Source of the DNA: Bilabrum cf. latius
Lineage: Eukaryota
Direction of reading: 5' to 3'
Assembly: GCA_965178125.1 (NCBI GenBank)
Contig: OZ237766.1
Span: 124,001-188,000 of the forward strand
Length of the DNA: 64,000 nucleotides
Below are positions 52,501-62,310 of the stretch, in pieces; the stretch's first letter is position 1; every line of letters begins with the position of its first letter. Under the pieces are notes generated by a model. The model was not told the origin of the DNA. It did not search any database and saw only the letters and a program-made list of their open reading frames with translations. Position numbers and translations under genes: made by a program.

Positions 52501-53240
52501 GTCTTCGCCACACGGCGCCGCGCTGCTTCCAGATTTCTCCCTGGATCTGGGCCCGGAGTAGGTGCTCCGTGCTCGCCTTCTCCATTGCTCGATCCGAACC
52601 TGGCAGCGCGCGAGCGAACAACCCTGCCTGCCGCCCGCAATCCTATCGGTCTTCTGCGGCTTCTGGATGGGGCATAGCTCTCACTTCCGGCGTGCATTGC
52701 CTGCGAACCGCTTGGCTGCGGCTGCAGCTGACGGCCTCCCAGCTTCAGCTTGGACAGGTCCAAGGCGGGGAGCACGGGAGCACTGCTAGTATGCCGGGAC
52801 AATGCATCTGGACCGAGGAATGACGCCCCATTCACATGCTTATTTTGCACTTTCGGAGCTCTCTAGCGCTTCACCCGTTGGTCGTCTACGCTCCACAAAC
52901 TTGCCTCGCTCAGATGCGCGCCAGCCGTCATCAGTTTGGCAACTCCTACTCTATGAATGGGACCTTGCTCGTATTGTAACGGTATTCCTCTGTCATAGGC
53001 GGTGCCCCAAGCCTCACGTGTCTACAGTCCAACTTGTCCACGCGCAGCTGCGACACTGCCATCAATAAACTGCCGCAATACCCGAATATCTCGACCATAC
53101 GATTGACCAGGTAACGATGGCAAGATAGTCAACGAGCGCGACGATGATAGCGTGCGCCCAGACCCCCCAGGCACTGATGTAATGGGAGCCTGCGCTCGGC
53201 CCAGTGATGTACCTCTTGCTCGTTTGCCAGGCTGAGACAT
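49509..53240 (-). CDS. Large, mostly disordered protein of unknown function, about 1240 aa
   Basis: Four ORFs in one frame joined by TAGs at 53022, 52863, 52314 and 51840. No TAA/TGA until TGA 49509. Contains poly-Gly from a (CCT)n run near 52004-52070. Confidence 0.6.
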
Positions 53241-53377
53241 CACACTAGATACGATGACAGCATTAATATGGGCTATGATATTGAACGCTTAATAATCACT
53301 TGTAAGAAGTACGCACAGATCGTGCTTGAATAACAGTATTCGTATCATTCATTCTGCTGCTGATGGCGACCAGCTCG

Positions 53378-54407
53378 TCACACTTCATGCCGACTAGCAT
53401 CTCCTGCATGACTCTGCAATCCCTTAGCGCACGCCCCCTTCTTGCTCGTAGCTGCATCGGCCGCCCCCGCATCGGTGTACTTGGCGGCGGCGAGCACCTC
53501 AGCGCCCGCAATCCAGGTGCGAGCATACGTCTCGAGCGCGAGCAGCTGCTCCTGGATGCGTCCCTTCCACAGGTCCGAGGTCAGGTTGCCCTCCTCGTCG
53601 AAGAACTGCACCCCCGTGAACTGGTTGATCATGATCTCGGGCCTCTGCATCACGTGCCCCTCCAAAAAAACGAACTTCTGCCGCAGGTGCAGCTGGGCCC
53701 TGCTGCACCCCTGGTACCCCCCCGAGGACATGAGGCCGACGGCCTTGCCGCGCCAGGTGTCCGGCATGGCCCAGTCCACTGCGTTACCGATGGCCGCCGA
53801 GAACGAGTAGTTGTACTCTGGCACAGTGAGCACGATGGCATCTGCCTCCTCTGCGGGCGGATGGGTGCATGACATGCCAGTGGGGATGGCAGTGAGGGGG
53901 GGCGGCGGGGTATCGAACTTGAACCTGAAGTGAAGCAGACTCGGGGGGTGTCATTGGATGTGATGGGGGGGGACTTTGCGATCTGAAATCGACGAGAACC
54001 GGCCCCTAGAATTGTATAACGTCATTGCTGTAGGTAATTGGAGGGTATCGCCTTGTGTCTACTTCGCACGGGTGCGTCGATGGGACCAAAATCGATCAAC
54101 GCACCAAAATCGATCAACGGACGCACACACTCTCACCGATCTGCTACCTAAGTTTTACAACCGCTGGAGGCGGCGTGCCGTCCGAGTCGAACAGATCTGC
54201 GTTGAACATGGGAAGATCTCCCGTGCTGGCGACGATGACGTCCATCCCCACCGGGTGGGATGCCTCAATGTAGCGGCACAGCCCGGCGTTGGTAGAGCTC
54301 TTGCGCAGAGACCCGGGGATGGCAAGCACCTTTAGCTTGCGCGTGGCGGCGGATACCTTGTCACTTGTTGGGATAGATGAGGTTGTAGTTGCGGATGCGG
54401 CTGCCAT
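53378..54407 (-). CDS. NAD(P)H-dependent FMN reductase / quinone reductase (ChrR/SsuE/Lot6 family), exons 54407-54137 and 53850-53378
   Basis: KVLAIPGSLRKSSTN, DLPMFNADL and PPAVVKLR*QI|EEADAIVLTVPEYNYSFSAAIGNAVDW...AQLHLRQ. TAG at 54144. Stop is TGA. Confidence 0.92.
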
Positions 54408-54738
54408 TTTCCTTGCTGGTGCTTTGTATCTCAAGTTGAATTGTGATTGTGCACGGGGCTCTAGCGGTGGCTTCCGCCGGAAGCCTTTTCTGTTGTTCCG
54501 GTTTCGTGTCGGCGACGTGGTCGCCGACTCGGAGCCTGCACGAAGTGCATGTTGGATTCGTCCATGCATGCACTTCGTGCAGGCGCCGTACCCAACAGAT
54601 CACTTATTAGCCGATCTGAGAGACCTTCTTGGCCTCGCCAACTTCTGCTTCTGAGGCAAAGATTCTAGAATCTATATTCCGAATTTCGCGAGACGGCGGG
54701 GGCAACAACACACCTGCTGCGCTCAAAGAGGGCCAAAT

Positions 54739-56559
54739 ATGGCTCGGATAGCCATAGCTCATGATAATGTGGATACATTGCGTTCATTACTTCATGGTCA
54801 GACTGGTCCAAACGAGATTGATGAGGTCAGGGTAACTGCTCATCATTGACGCGCCTCTCAAAATCACCAGTTTGAAGAATGTGCTGGCATTTAGTGTACT
54901 TGTAATTCCTACTTACAGGTCCATTAGATCCCATTACTACATTTAGCGGCAAGGGAAGGAGCGGCAGGCTGTATCAAGTGTCTGATCGAAGAGGGCGCGT
55001 TCGTAGAAAAAATAGATGACATTGTGAGGAAAGCCCTTCTGCTAACATCACATGCAGCAAGTGGTATGTACATCCCACCCGTATATATTTACATTGTTAT
55101 GTTTCAGCTGGTCGCAGACAAAGGACCGTGCCATCCACGAAGCGACAAGCGGCGAAGCAGTTCGGGCTCTCGCATCCGCAGGGGCCAACATGAACACGCG
55201 CAACGCAGAGGTGAGCAAGGGGCTGTAGATTTGACCGGGTATATAGTTAACGTCCCAGCTACTGCATAATGTCGATCAGTGCGACTTCGAGCAGCAGCGA
55301 GCTGGGTCATTCGGGTACCAAAGATCTGCCGCTGCCTGACTGCCACCACCAGGAGTCCGCGGCGAATCATGACGCCTCCTACTGGTAGTTCATGCCAAGC
55401 ACGAGTGTTCGCAGGGCCTGACAAAGCTGCATAAAGCCATAGGAGGCGAATTCACTGATGAAAAGCTTGATGTTGTGACGGCATTGGTCGAGGCTGGCGC
55501 CGATCCCAACGTGCCGGATCGAGTGAGAAAGGGCTGCAGGATATATATTGGATCTGCACACCACAATATGGTATTATCTGGAGCCCTGTCTATTGTGATA
55601 TCGTCACCTGTGCCCTCCATATAACTCCTTTTTCTCGGGCATGCACCGCAGGACGGTGACACGCCCCTGCACTACCTGGCGTGGGTCTCCGGTACCCACG
55701 ACTTGCAGATAGAATGCGCTGAGCTGCTCCTTGATCACGGCGCTGACCGTACAACCAGAAACAAGGTTAGTTCAACCGGTTGACAGCACTTGCCGCACGA
55801 ATGCCCCGGCGCGCATGAGTCGCGGGATCGATAGTTTGAGTGGCTCGAATGCCCCGGCACACAGGCAGTGAAGGCAGATTTCCTCCACCTTCTACTATTA
55901 TCCACGCTGTATGACTCACGCAGAGTGGCCATACAGCCGATGCATGCCTGCGAAGCTACGAAAAAGACGCGCTGGCTGGCTACATTGCTGAGTACAGCCG
56001 AGTGCCCAGCAGTCTCGTGGCCTGGCGGCACGCGTGCGATGCCAGACGGGACGCCGAGATGGTGTTCCAAGCCGCTGCGGAGGGCAGGCCGATGGAGCTG
56101 GCCAGAAGGCTAAGGCTGGGCAAGCTAGCGGGAGGGCTGGAGATGAAGGGTTTCTTGCCAACCGGGCACTACGTCAGCCCACTGGCCGCAGCGGTGCTGG
56201 GGGCGCACTCGGAGTGTGCCAGATTGCTGCAGAGGGCAGGCGCCGGGGTGGAGCCAGACTATCACGCTATTCGTGCAGAGTACAAAAAAGAAACCACCAG
56301 TGGCAGTGGATCGTTCGCTGCCGCGAGCGGGTCTGGTGCACACTTTTCGTCCCTGCGGCGGGTGTCGCTGTCGGCTGAAGGTGTGGAGGGCAGCGTATCG
56401 GGAGCGGATTTCGAGCACATGATGCACTCGATCCGATCGATGAATGCTCACGTTGTGGGTCTCACTAAAGCAGTGCGTACGATGGCTGCTCGGCTGGATC
56501 AACTCGCCGCCAAGGTGGACGGGCATGCTGCGGTTGGTTCGGATGGGGCCTTGGATTGA
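54739..56559 (+). CDS. Ankyrin-repeat protein (exons 54739-54825, 54919-55023, 55118-55210, 55415-55522, 55652-55765, 55924-56559)
   Basis: Spliced repeats PLLHLAAREGAAGCIKCLIEEGA, AIHEA..AVRALASAGANMN, GLTKLHKAI..VVTALVEAGADPN and DGDTPLHYLA..CAELLLDHGAD. C-terminal coiled coil. TAG at 54925. Stop is TGA. Confidence 0.85.
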
Positions 56560-57060
56560 GCTCCACTCCAGGTACCGTACCGTACGATCAGCTATAGCAT
56601 GAACGGTAGTGCAGCCAGCATTGTATTTACCATAAGATCAACTAATTGTGCTCAACTGCAACTGAGATCTGCGATCGCAATCCATGGATTAGGTGGGCAA
56701 CGTGAGACCCATCATCGCTAAAAAGGATACGCGCAGCAGGGCTGTGTGTAATTTAGGCCAAGACCGTTGTTAATACCGGAATCCAAGATCCGATTTTACT
56801 AGAATAGATCTAACTCGATCGTGAAGGGTACAGGCACTGAATCGAACACGAAAAAAAAGAATTAATAGATTCGATCTGTAGCTAAGCATGCACGTCACAC
56901 CTGCTCGTGCGTACTGTCAGCCGTCACCCGCGGCGGTAAGCCCGGACAGAGCAGAGCCAAGCAAATGAGCAAGATCAATGGATAGCGCAGCCGGGCCATG
57001 CGCGCCCGCGCAGTCCTGTCTCTGGCGGCCCACTTTTGCCTTTCTGCTCGCCGTCACAGC

Positions 57061-58204
57061 TCATGGCCGTGCGCTTCCAGTCAGAGTCAGTCCCACGGCA
57101 AGTGCCGCAAACAGACCGCCCGCAGCGGTAGCAGCTGCGCCAACACCACTCGACAGGAGGGTCGTTTTGCTCGTACAGTCCGTCGTCTTGCTCGAAGCAG
57201 CACCGAAGCCGCCCGTGGCAGGCAGGGTAGAGAGGTCTTTGCACGACTACTCGGTAAGAGTACCCCACGTGTTCGAATTGTACGTATACGCAAGCAGGCA
57301 TTGCGTCTTCAATGCGTCAGTGCACTCCCCGCTTCCCTTGTCGATGCACTCCACATCACTGCTCGAGTAGGTGGTCACTTCGTAGTCTACGCCGTCCGTA
57401 GCGCCCTTCATCGTCTTGATCGTCGGTTCCCCGCTAAAAAGGAAGATGTTGGTAGACGTCTCCGCGCGAGCTCCAGAGTCGCACATGCTGCGATAATAAG
57501 GACCGGGCGGCGAGGCTAGGGAACATTAGCAAGCACGAGTACGCGAGGTGTGCCAAAGTGTGATTCCGGTGCGCGATGCGCTGCATCTCGCAAGCGGGAC
57601 GAGACAGAAACTCCGGGATACCTGACGGTGCCAACGTAAAGAGACATATTAAAAACTGCCACAAATCGTTTCTGTGCGTAATTCTCACTCGTAGCGCCAG
57701 GAGACATCGTTCGTGTACGTCCCCTTGAGTGCAGTCTGTGCGACAGCGGCACCAAAGCATGAAGCTGCGACTCGTGGGAAACGAGAAACAAAGTCACTGC
57801 AGTTGTGAGATGAAGACTATCTAGAATTATTGCCGATGAGGTCTGTTGCGCTGCGAAAGGTGCACGTGGCGCCCACGAGTCAAGGATGCACATTTGGGTG
57901 CAAACTAGCCACTGTGGTTAGGTGAAACAGTACAGATACGGGAAAGAGCTGCGATACTGTTGGCTCGCCCATCCTTACGGATAAACTAGCACTAAGCATG
58001 AAACGGAATCTACATACTATATGAAATCTGGCCATTGCAGAGGTCAACAGCATCCGAGGACAACGCCACAACCAGACTCGACCCTGCCAATCACAGTCCA
58101 TGTTCCACCCAATGCTTTGGCAAGTCATACTCATGCATTGGTCAATTTGTATGCACCAGTACGTTGACGAATGACTCACCGATCAAAGCCAGCGCGGTGT
58201 TCAT
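57061..58204 (-). CDS. Putative secreted, possibly GPI-anchored Cys/Thr-rich surface protein (multi-exon; internal exons uncertain)
   Basis: Signal-like start MNTALALIG|SSLVVALSS. Last exon MCDSG...WGTLTE*SCKDLSTLP...AAATAAGGLFAALAVGLTLTG has TAG at 57247 and a hydrophobic C-terminus. TGA at 57061. Confidence 0.5.
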
Positions 58205-59073
58205 GTTGTAGTTTCTTGGTTGCTGTGGTGGTTTTGTGAGTGCATGTGGAGCGCGACAGATCGCTACGAAAAATTGAACGTAACAAACAAACTTATAAGC
58301 TACTCGGGTGGGGGGAAAAGGGAGGGAAAGGAGGCCGACGACGGTGATGCCCGGCTCCCACTGCGCTTGGTCTACCATACTGGCGGTCTGCGTCCTTAAC
58401 GAATTCAATAAGTTAATGGCAGCAGTCCGCGCCCGCGCACCCCGATCTCCAGAAAGCACCTTCCTTTCCCGTTGTCACAGCGATCTACACGGAGGAGGGC
58501 TATGAAGTCATCATTTCAAAGGTCAGCAATGCCTCAGCATACAGGCCGGATTGTGGAGGAGAGGCTTGGCATGTGAATTGGAGCAAACTTGCACATGAAA
58601 CACTAGACCACGGACTAGACGAGGTTGGTCGTAAGCTACACACCGCCAGGAGGCATTGTTTCTGCCAAGAAGGTTTGCATTCATTTTTTGTACGCCTTTA
58701 AGTGTGCCTTACGGGATCTTCTTGTCTCTAAACAACGGAAAGCTAGGCCTCGGTGCGTGAGGGTTCTGGTTTAGCTAACGAGAATCCTACAGCATCGGAT
58801 CGGGAGGAGGCAAGGCAAGAGCGTGGATGTCCAGGTCAGGACATGGGCCAGGTGGATCACGATGGAGTTAGTAACGAAGATCCGGATCCGGGCAAATATC
58901 TTAGTCGATCATTAATTGCAGCCGCATTAGTTTGGTCACTGCGCACAATGTCGCCACGGAGGAGTAATAAAGGAGGGATGCACATACAGAGGGCTCGGCA
59001 CCATATCTGTACAGATCTATCACTGCGACATTGTTCCGTATGATCTACAGTCCTCGCTACGATGCCCCCCCCC

Positions 59074-59234
59074 CCCCGACGGGTAGACCGGTGCGAGAAA
59101 TAAATTCTCTTCCAGTCTCCTCCAACTTGGGATGGATAACTGGTATATGATAGCCATTAGATAGAACCATAAAGATCCCAAGTTGGGGGAGACTGGAAGA
59201 AAATTTAATTCTCGCACCGGTCTGCCCGTCGGGG
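59074..59234. repeat. Intergenic inverted repeat: 60-bp arms, 41-nt AT-rich loop (MITE-like or pre-small-RNA hairpin)
   Basis: 59074-59133 is the reverse complement of 59175-59234 with 4 differences, two of which would be G-U pairs in the plus-strand transcript. Confidence 0.9.
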
Positions 59235-59322
59235 TTTGCTTGGCTCTGAGGGTTGTGGCGTATTGCCACCTATGTTTGACACGCGTGTGTCAGTGATCAA
59301 CGTGCGATCCAGATCTGATCCG

Positions 59323-59381
59323 GATGGCTGCTCGGCTGGATCAACTAGAGAAATCTAGCTGCCAAGGTGGATGGGCACGCT
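59323..59381 (+). pseudogene. Degenerate duplicate fragment of the ankyrin gene 3' end
   Basis: gatggctgctcggctggatcaact...gccaaggtggatgggca matches 56481-56526 with a 10-nt insertion. Confidence 0.6.
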
Positions 59382-59737
59382 CCACGTAACGCACGATTAG
59401 CTGTGGACTGCCCCGCAGCTGACTACTCGGCGTCAGCAGCCATGTAGCTACCCGTAGGATCAACATCATTTGCAAAGTGAGACCCAGCACTGCGATCCCC
59501 CCAAACTATTTGGCCGGTAGAGAAGATTTTTATCGGTTTTTACATAGATGTAGACTAGTATGACAGTGCAATCTTTACGGCCTGATTTGGTCGGATACTA
59601 TCACGTTGCGGTGCTATCGGTGGATCCCGCTCCGACTGGTGCAATCCGGAATCCGGATTCCGGATTGACTAGGCCCCTAGACTCTACATACAAAATGTCC
59701 AGCCCCCCTACTTGTACGCCGGCCGATCGTACGACCT

Positions 59738-62310
59738 TCAGCCGCGCTTGTCCGCCGCTCCTCCTGCCGCAGCCCCGTCGCCGGCGGTCAAGAAGTCGCC
59801 GCGCTCGCCCAGCACCTTGCGCGCGGCAGAGTCCCCGCTCAGGAGATCGTGCCTTGCCACGGCCAGCGCCAGCGCCAGCGTCAGCCTCACGAACTCCGAC
59901 CTCGAGACCTTGCTCTTGCTTCCGTCCACGTCCTGCAGCACCATCCCAACGAGGTCGGTCTTGCTCTTTGACGAGGCAGACATGAACAGATCCGCCCTCG
60001 AACGCATCTCGCGGGCGGCTGCAGCCAGCCGGCGGCCGTCTCCCGCTACACCGTCCGCAGAACCCCCCGCCCCACCCTTGCCGCTTCCGGAAGCAGCCGC
60101 CACGGACGCAGCCCCGGCCTTGATGGGCTCCTGTGCCACCACCTCGGCCGGCACATCGTCCGCAATGGTGAACGCGAGTCGCGTGCAGTTCCCGCGGGTG
60201 TCGTCACGCAGCCGCTGTGCGAACACCTGTAGGTTGCTGGCCAGCAGCTGCGGAACCTCAGCCGCGGGGAGGGATCCGGAATCGTCCGACGAGTCGTGCT
60301 GATCGAAGGCACCGAGGAACTCGCGGAGGTCGGGCACCCGCAAAAAGAACCGGTGGGCCGCCTCTTTGTTCTCTCCGGAGATCTTCAGGCTCGCCCAGTA
60401 GTCACGGGTGACGTCTTCGGAGAGCCATTCAGCCACCGCCTCCACGTACCCAGGGGCAAGCAGCCCGCCCGCGCGTCGCGCCCTCGCGAAGTTGGCCCGC
60501 GACACTGCCACCAGGTCGCTGGGGCAGATGTCCGGCCTGACAGCAGCGAGGAAGAGGGCGCCCGCGATCCTGCAGAACTCCTCGAATGTCACCACGTCAT
60601 CGTCAAGGGCCCCGCAGTCCTCCATGAGCGCCTGCACGATGGCGTCCAGGTCCGCGGGCCTGGCCTTGGCGAGGGCGTCGAGGGACTGGCGCAGCATCCT
60701 GCGGGCGCGGGAGGGGTCAGAAGCGCGGTCCGCGAGTGCCGTCTGCAGGCTAGGGTCGTCGTGGAAGATCCTCCGCAGGAAGAATTTCCGCAGGTCTGTG
60801 ACCATGGCACGGAGAGAGTCATCGTCCCGGCGGACCATCTCGTCGGCACCAGCGAGCTCCTTGAACTGCCGGCCGAGCTGCGAGACGAACGTCGCGTCCG
60901 TCATGAGCGTCTGCATGGCGTCGTTCACCTTGCCCCGCACCAGAGTCACGTGCGGCCACGAGCCCCTCTCCAGCTCGAGGCAGAGCGAGTGCCAGAGTCC
61001 CTCTACGTATCGTCTCGCAGCTGCCCTTGCCCTGCTCTTGGCAGCAGCAGCCTCCGCAAGGAGACCATGTTCGTTCTTGTGAGCGCGGTGGTAGTCGATG
61101 CCCAGACCCATGGCCCGAGCGTTGGACTGCTTTAGCTCCTGCTCCAGGCTCCTGATGCGGGCTGCGTCGGCGGCTGCGTGAGCGACAAGCTGGGCCTCGT
61201 GATCGTGCGCCTTCTCGTAGTCGATGCCGTAACCCATCGCTGCCGCCTTGGCACGCGCGAGTTCCTGCTGCAGAGCGCGCTCGCGGGCTGCGGCAGCGGC
61301 ATGAGCGGCCATCAGCTTGGCTTCGTTCTCCTGGGCGCGGGAGGCATCGATTCCATAGCCCATGGCAGCGGCACGGGCGCTGGCCAGGTCGTGCTTGTAC
61401 TGGCGCGCGCGCGCAGCCTGTGCGGCTGCCTCTGCAATGGCCTGCTTCTCGTGCTCGTGTGACCTTTCAAAGTCGATCGAGGTCCCGATCAGGTGCCCGC
61501 GGGCGTCGGCTAGATCCCGTTCGAGAGCTCGCACTCGAGCTGCCTTGGCTGCATCGGATGCCATCAGCTGCCGCTCGTGATCGTGCGCCTTCTCGTAGTC
61601 GATGCCGTAACCCATCGCTGCCGCCTTGGCACGCGCGAGTTCCTGCTGCAGAGAGCGCTCGCGGGCTGCGGCAGCGGCATGGGCGGCCATCAGCTTGGCT
61701 TCGTTCTCCTGGGCGCGGGAGGCATCGATTCCATAGCCCATGGCAGCGGCACGGGCGCTGGCCAGGTCGTGCTTGTACTGGCGCGCGCGCGCAGCCTGTG
61801 CGGCTGCCTCTGCAATGGCCTGCTTCTCGTGCTCGTGTGACCTTTCAAAGTCGATCGAGGTCCCGATCAGGTGCCCGCGGGCGTCGGCCAGATCCCGCTG
61901 GAGGGCTCGCGCCTTGGCTGCACCCGCAGCCGCCTCGGCCAGCAATTGCCGCTCATGGTCGTGCGCCTTCTCGTAGTCGATGCCATAGCCCATTGCAGCG
62001 GCTTGGGAGCGGGAGAGCTCCTGCTGCAGAGCTCGCTCGCGTGCTGCGCTAGCTGCGTGTGCTGCCATCAGCTTGGCTTCGTTCTCCTGGGCGCGGGAAG
62101 CGTCGATGCCGTAGCCCATGGCCGCGGCTTGAGCCTCCCGCAGCTCCCTCGCGAGCTCATGGGCGTGGCCCGACTGAGCAGCTGCCTCTGCCACAAAGCG
62201 GCGCTCGTGCTCGGCGGCGGCGCGAGCAGCAGCGGCGGCTGCAGCCTCGCCTACCCCATCGCCAGAGCTTCGAGCTCCGTCAATTGGTCCATGTGAGCCC
62301 GCAAGATCGC
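59738..62310 (-). CDS. Coiled-coil 42-aa repeat protein with C-terminal EF-hand-like motifs (last exon; upstream exons probably in 63000-64000 or beyond)
   Basis: Open frame from a putative acceptor at 62311 to TGA 59738. EF-hand-like motifs: DDDVVTFEEFCRI, DQHDSSDDSGSLPAAEV, DVDGSKSKVSRSEFVRL. Confidence 0.7.
61080..62160. repeat. Higher-order coding repeat: 126-bp (42-aa) units grouped into 378-bp trimers
   Basis: MGYGIDASRAQENE / MGYGIDYEKAHDHE / LIGTSIDFERSHEHE units recur. DNA period is 378 bp (e.g. 61201 vs 61579). Confidence 0.9.

Noticed and set aside
54085-54119. 17-bp direct repeat ACCAAAATCGATCAACG
   Set aside because: Simple local duplication inside an intron, with no evidence of function.
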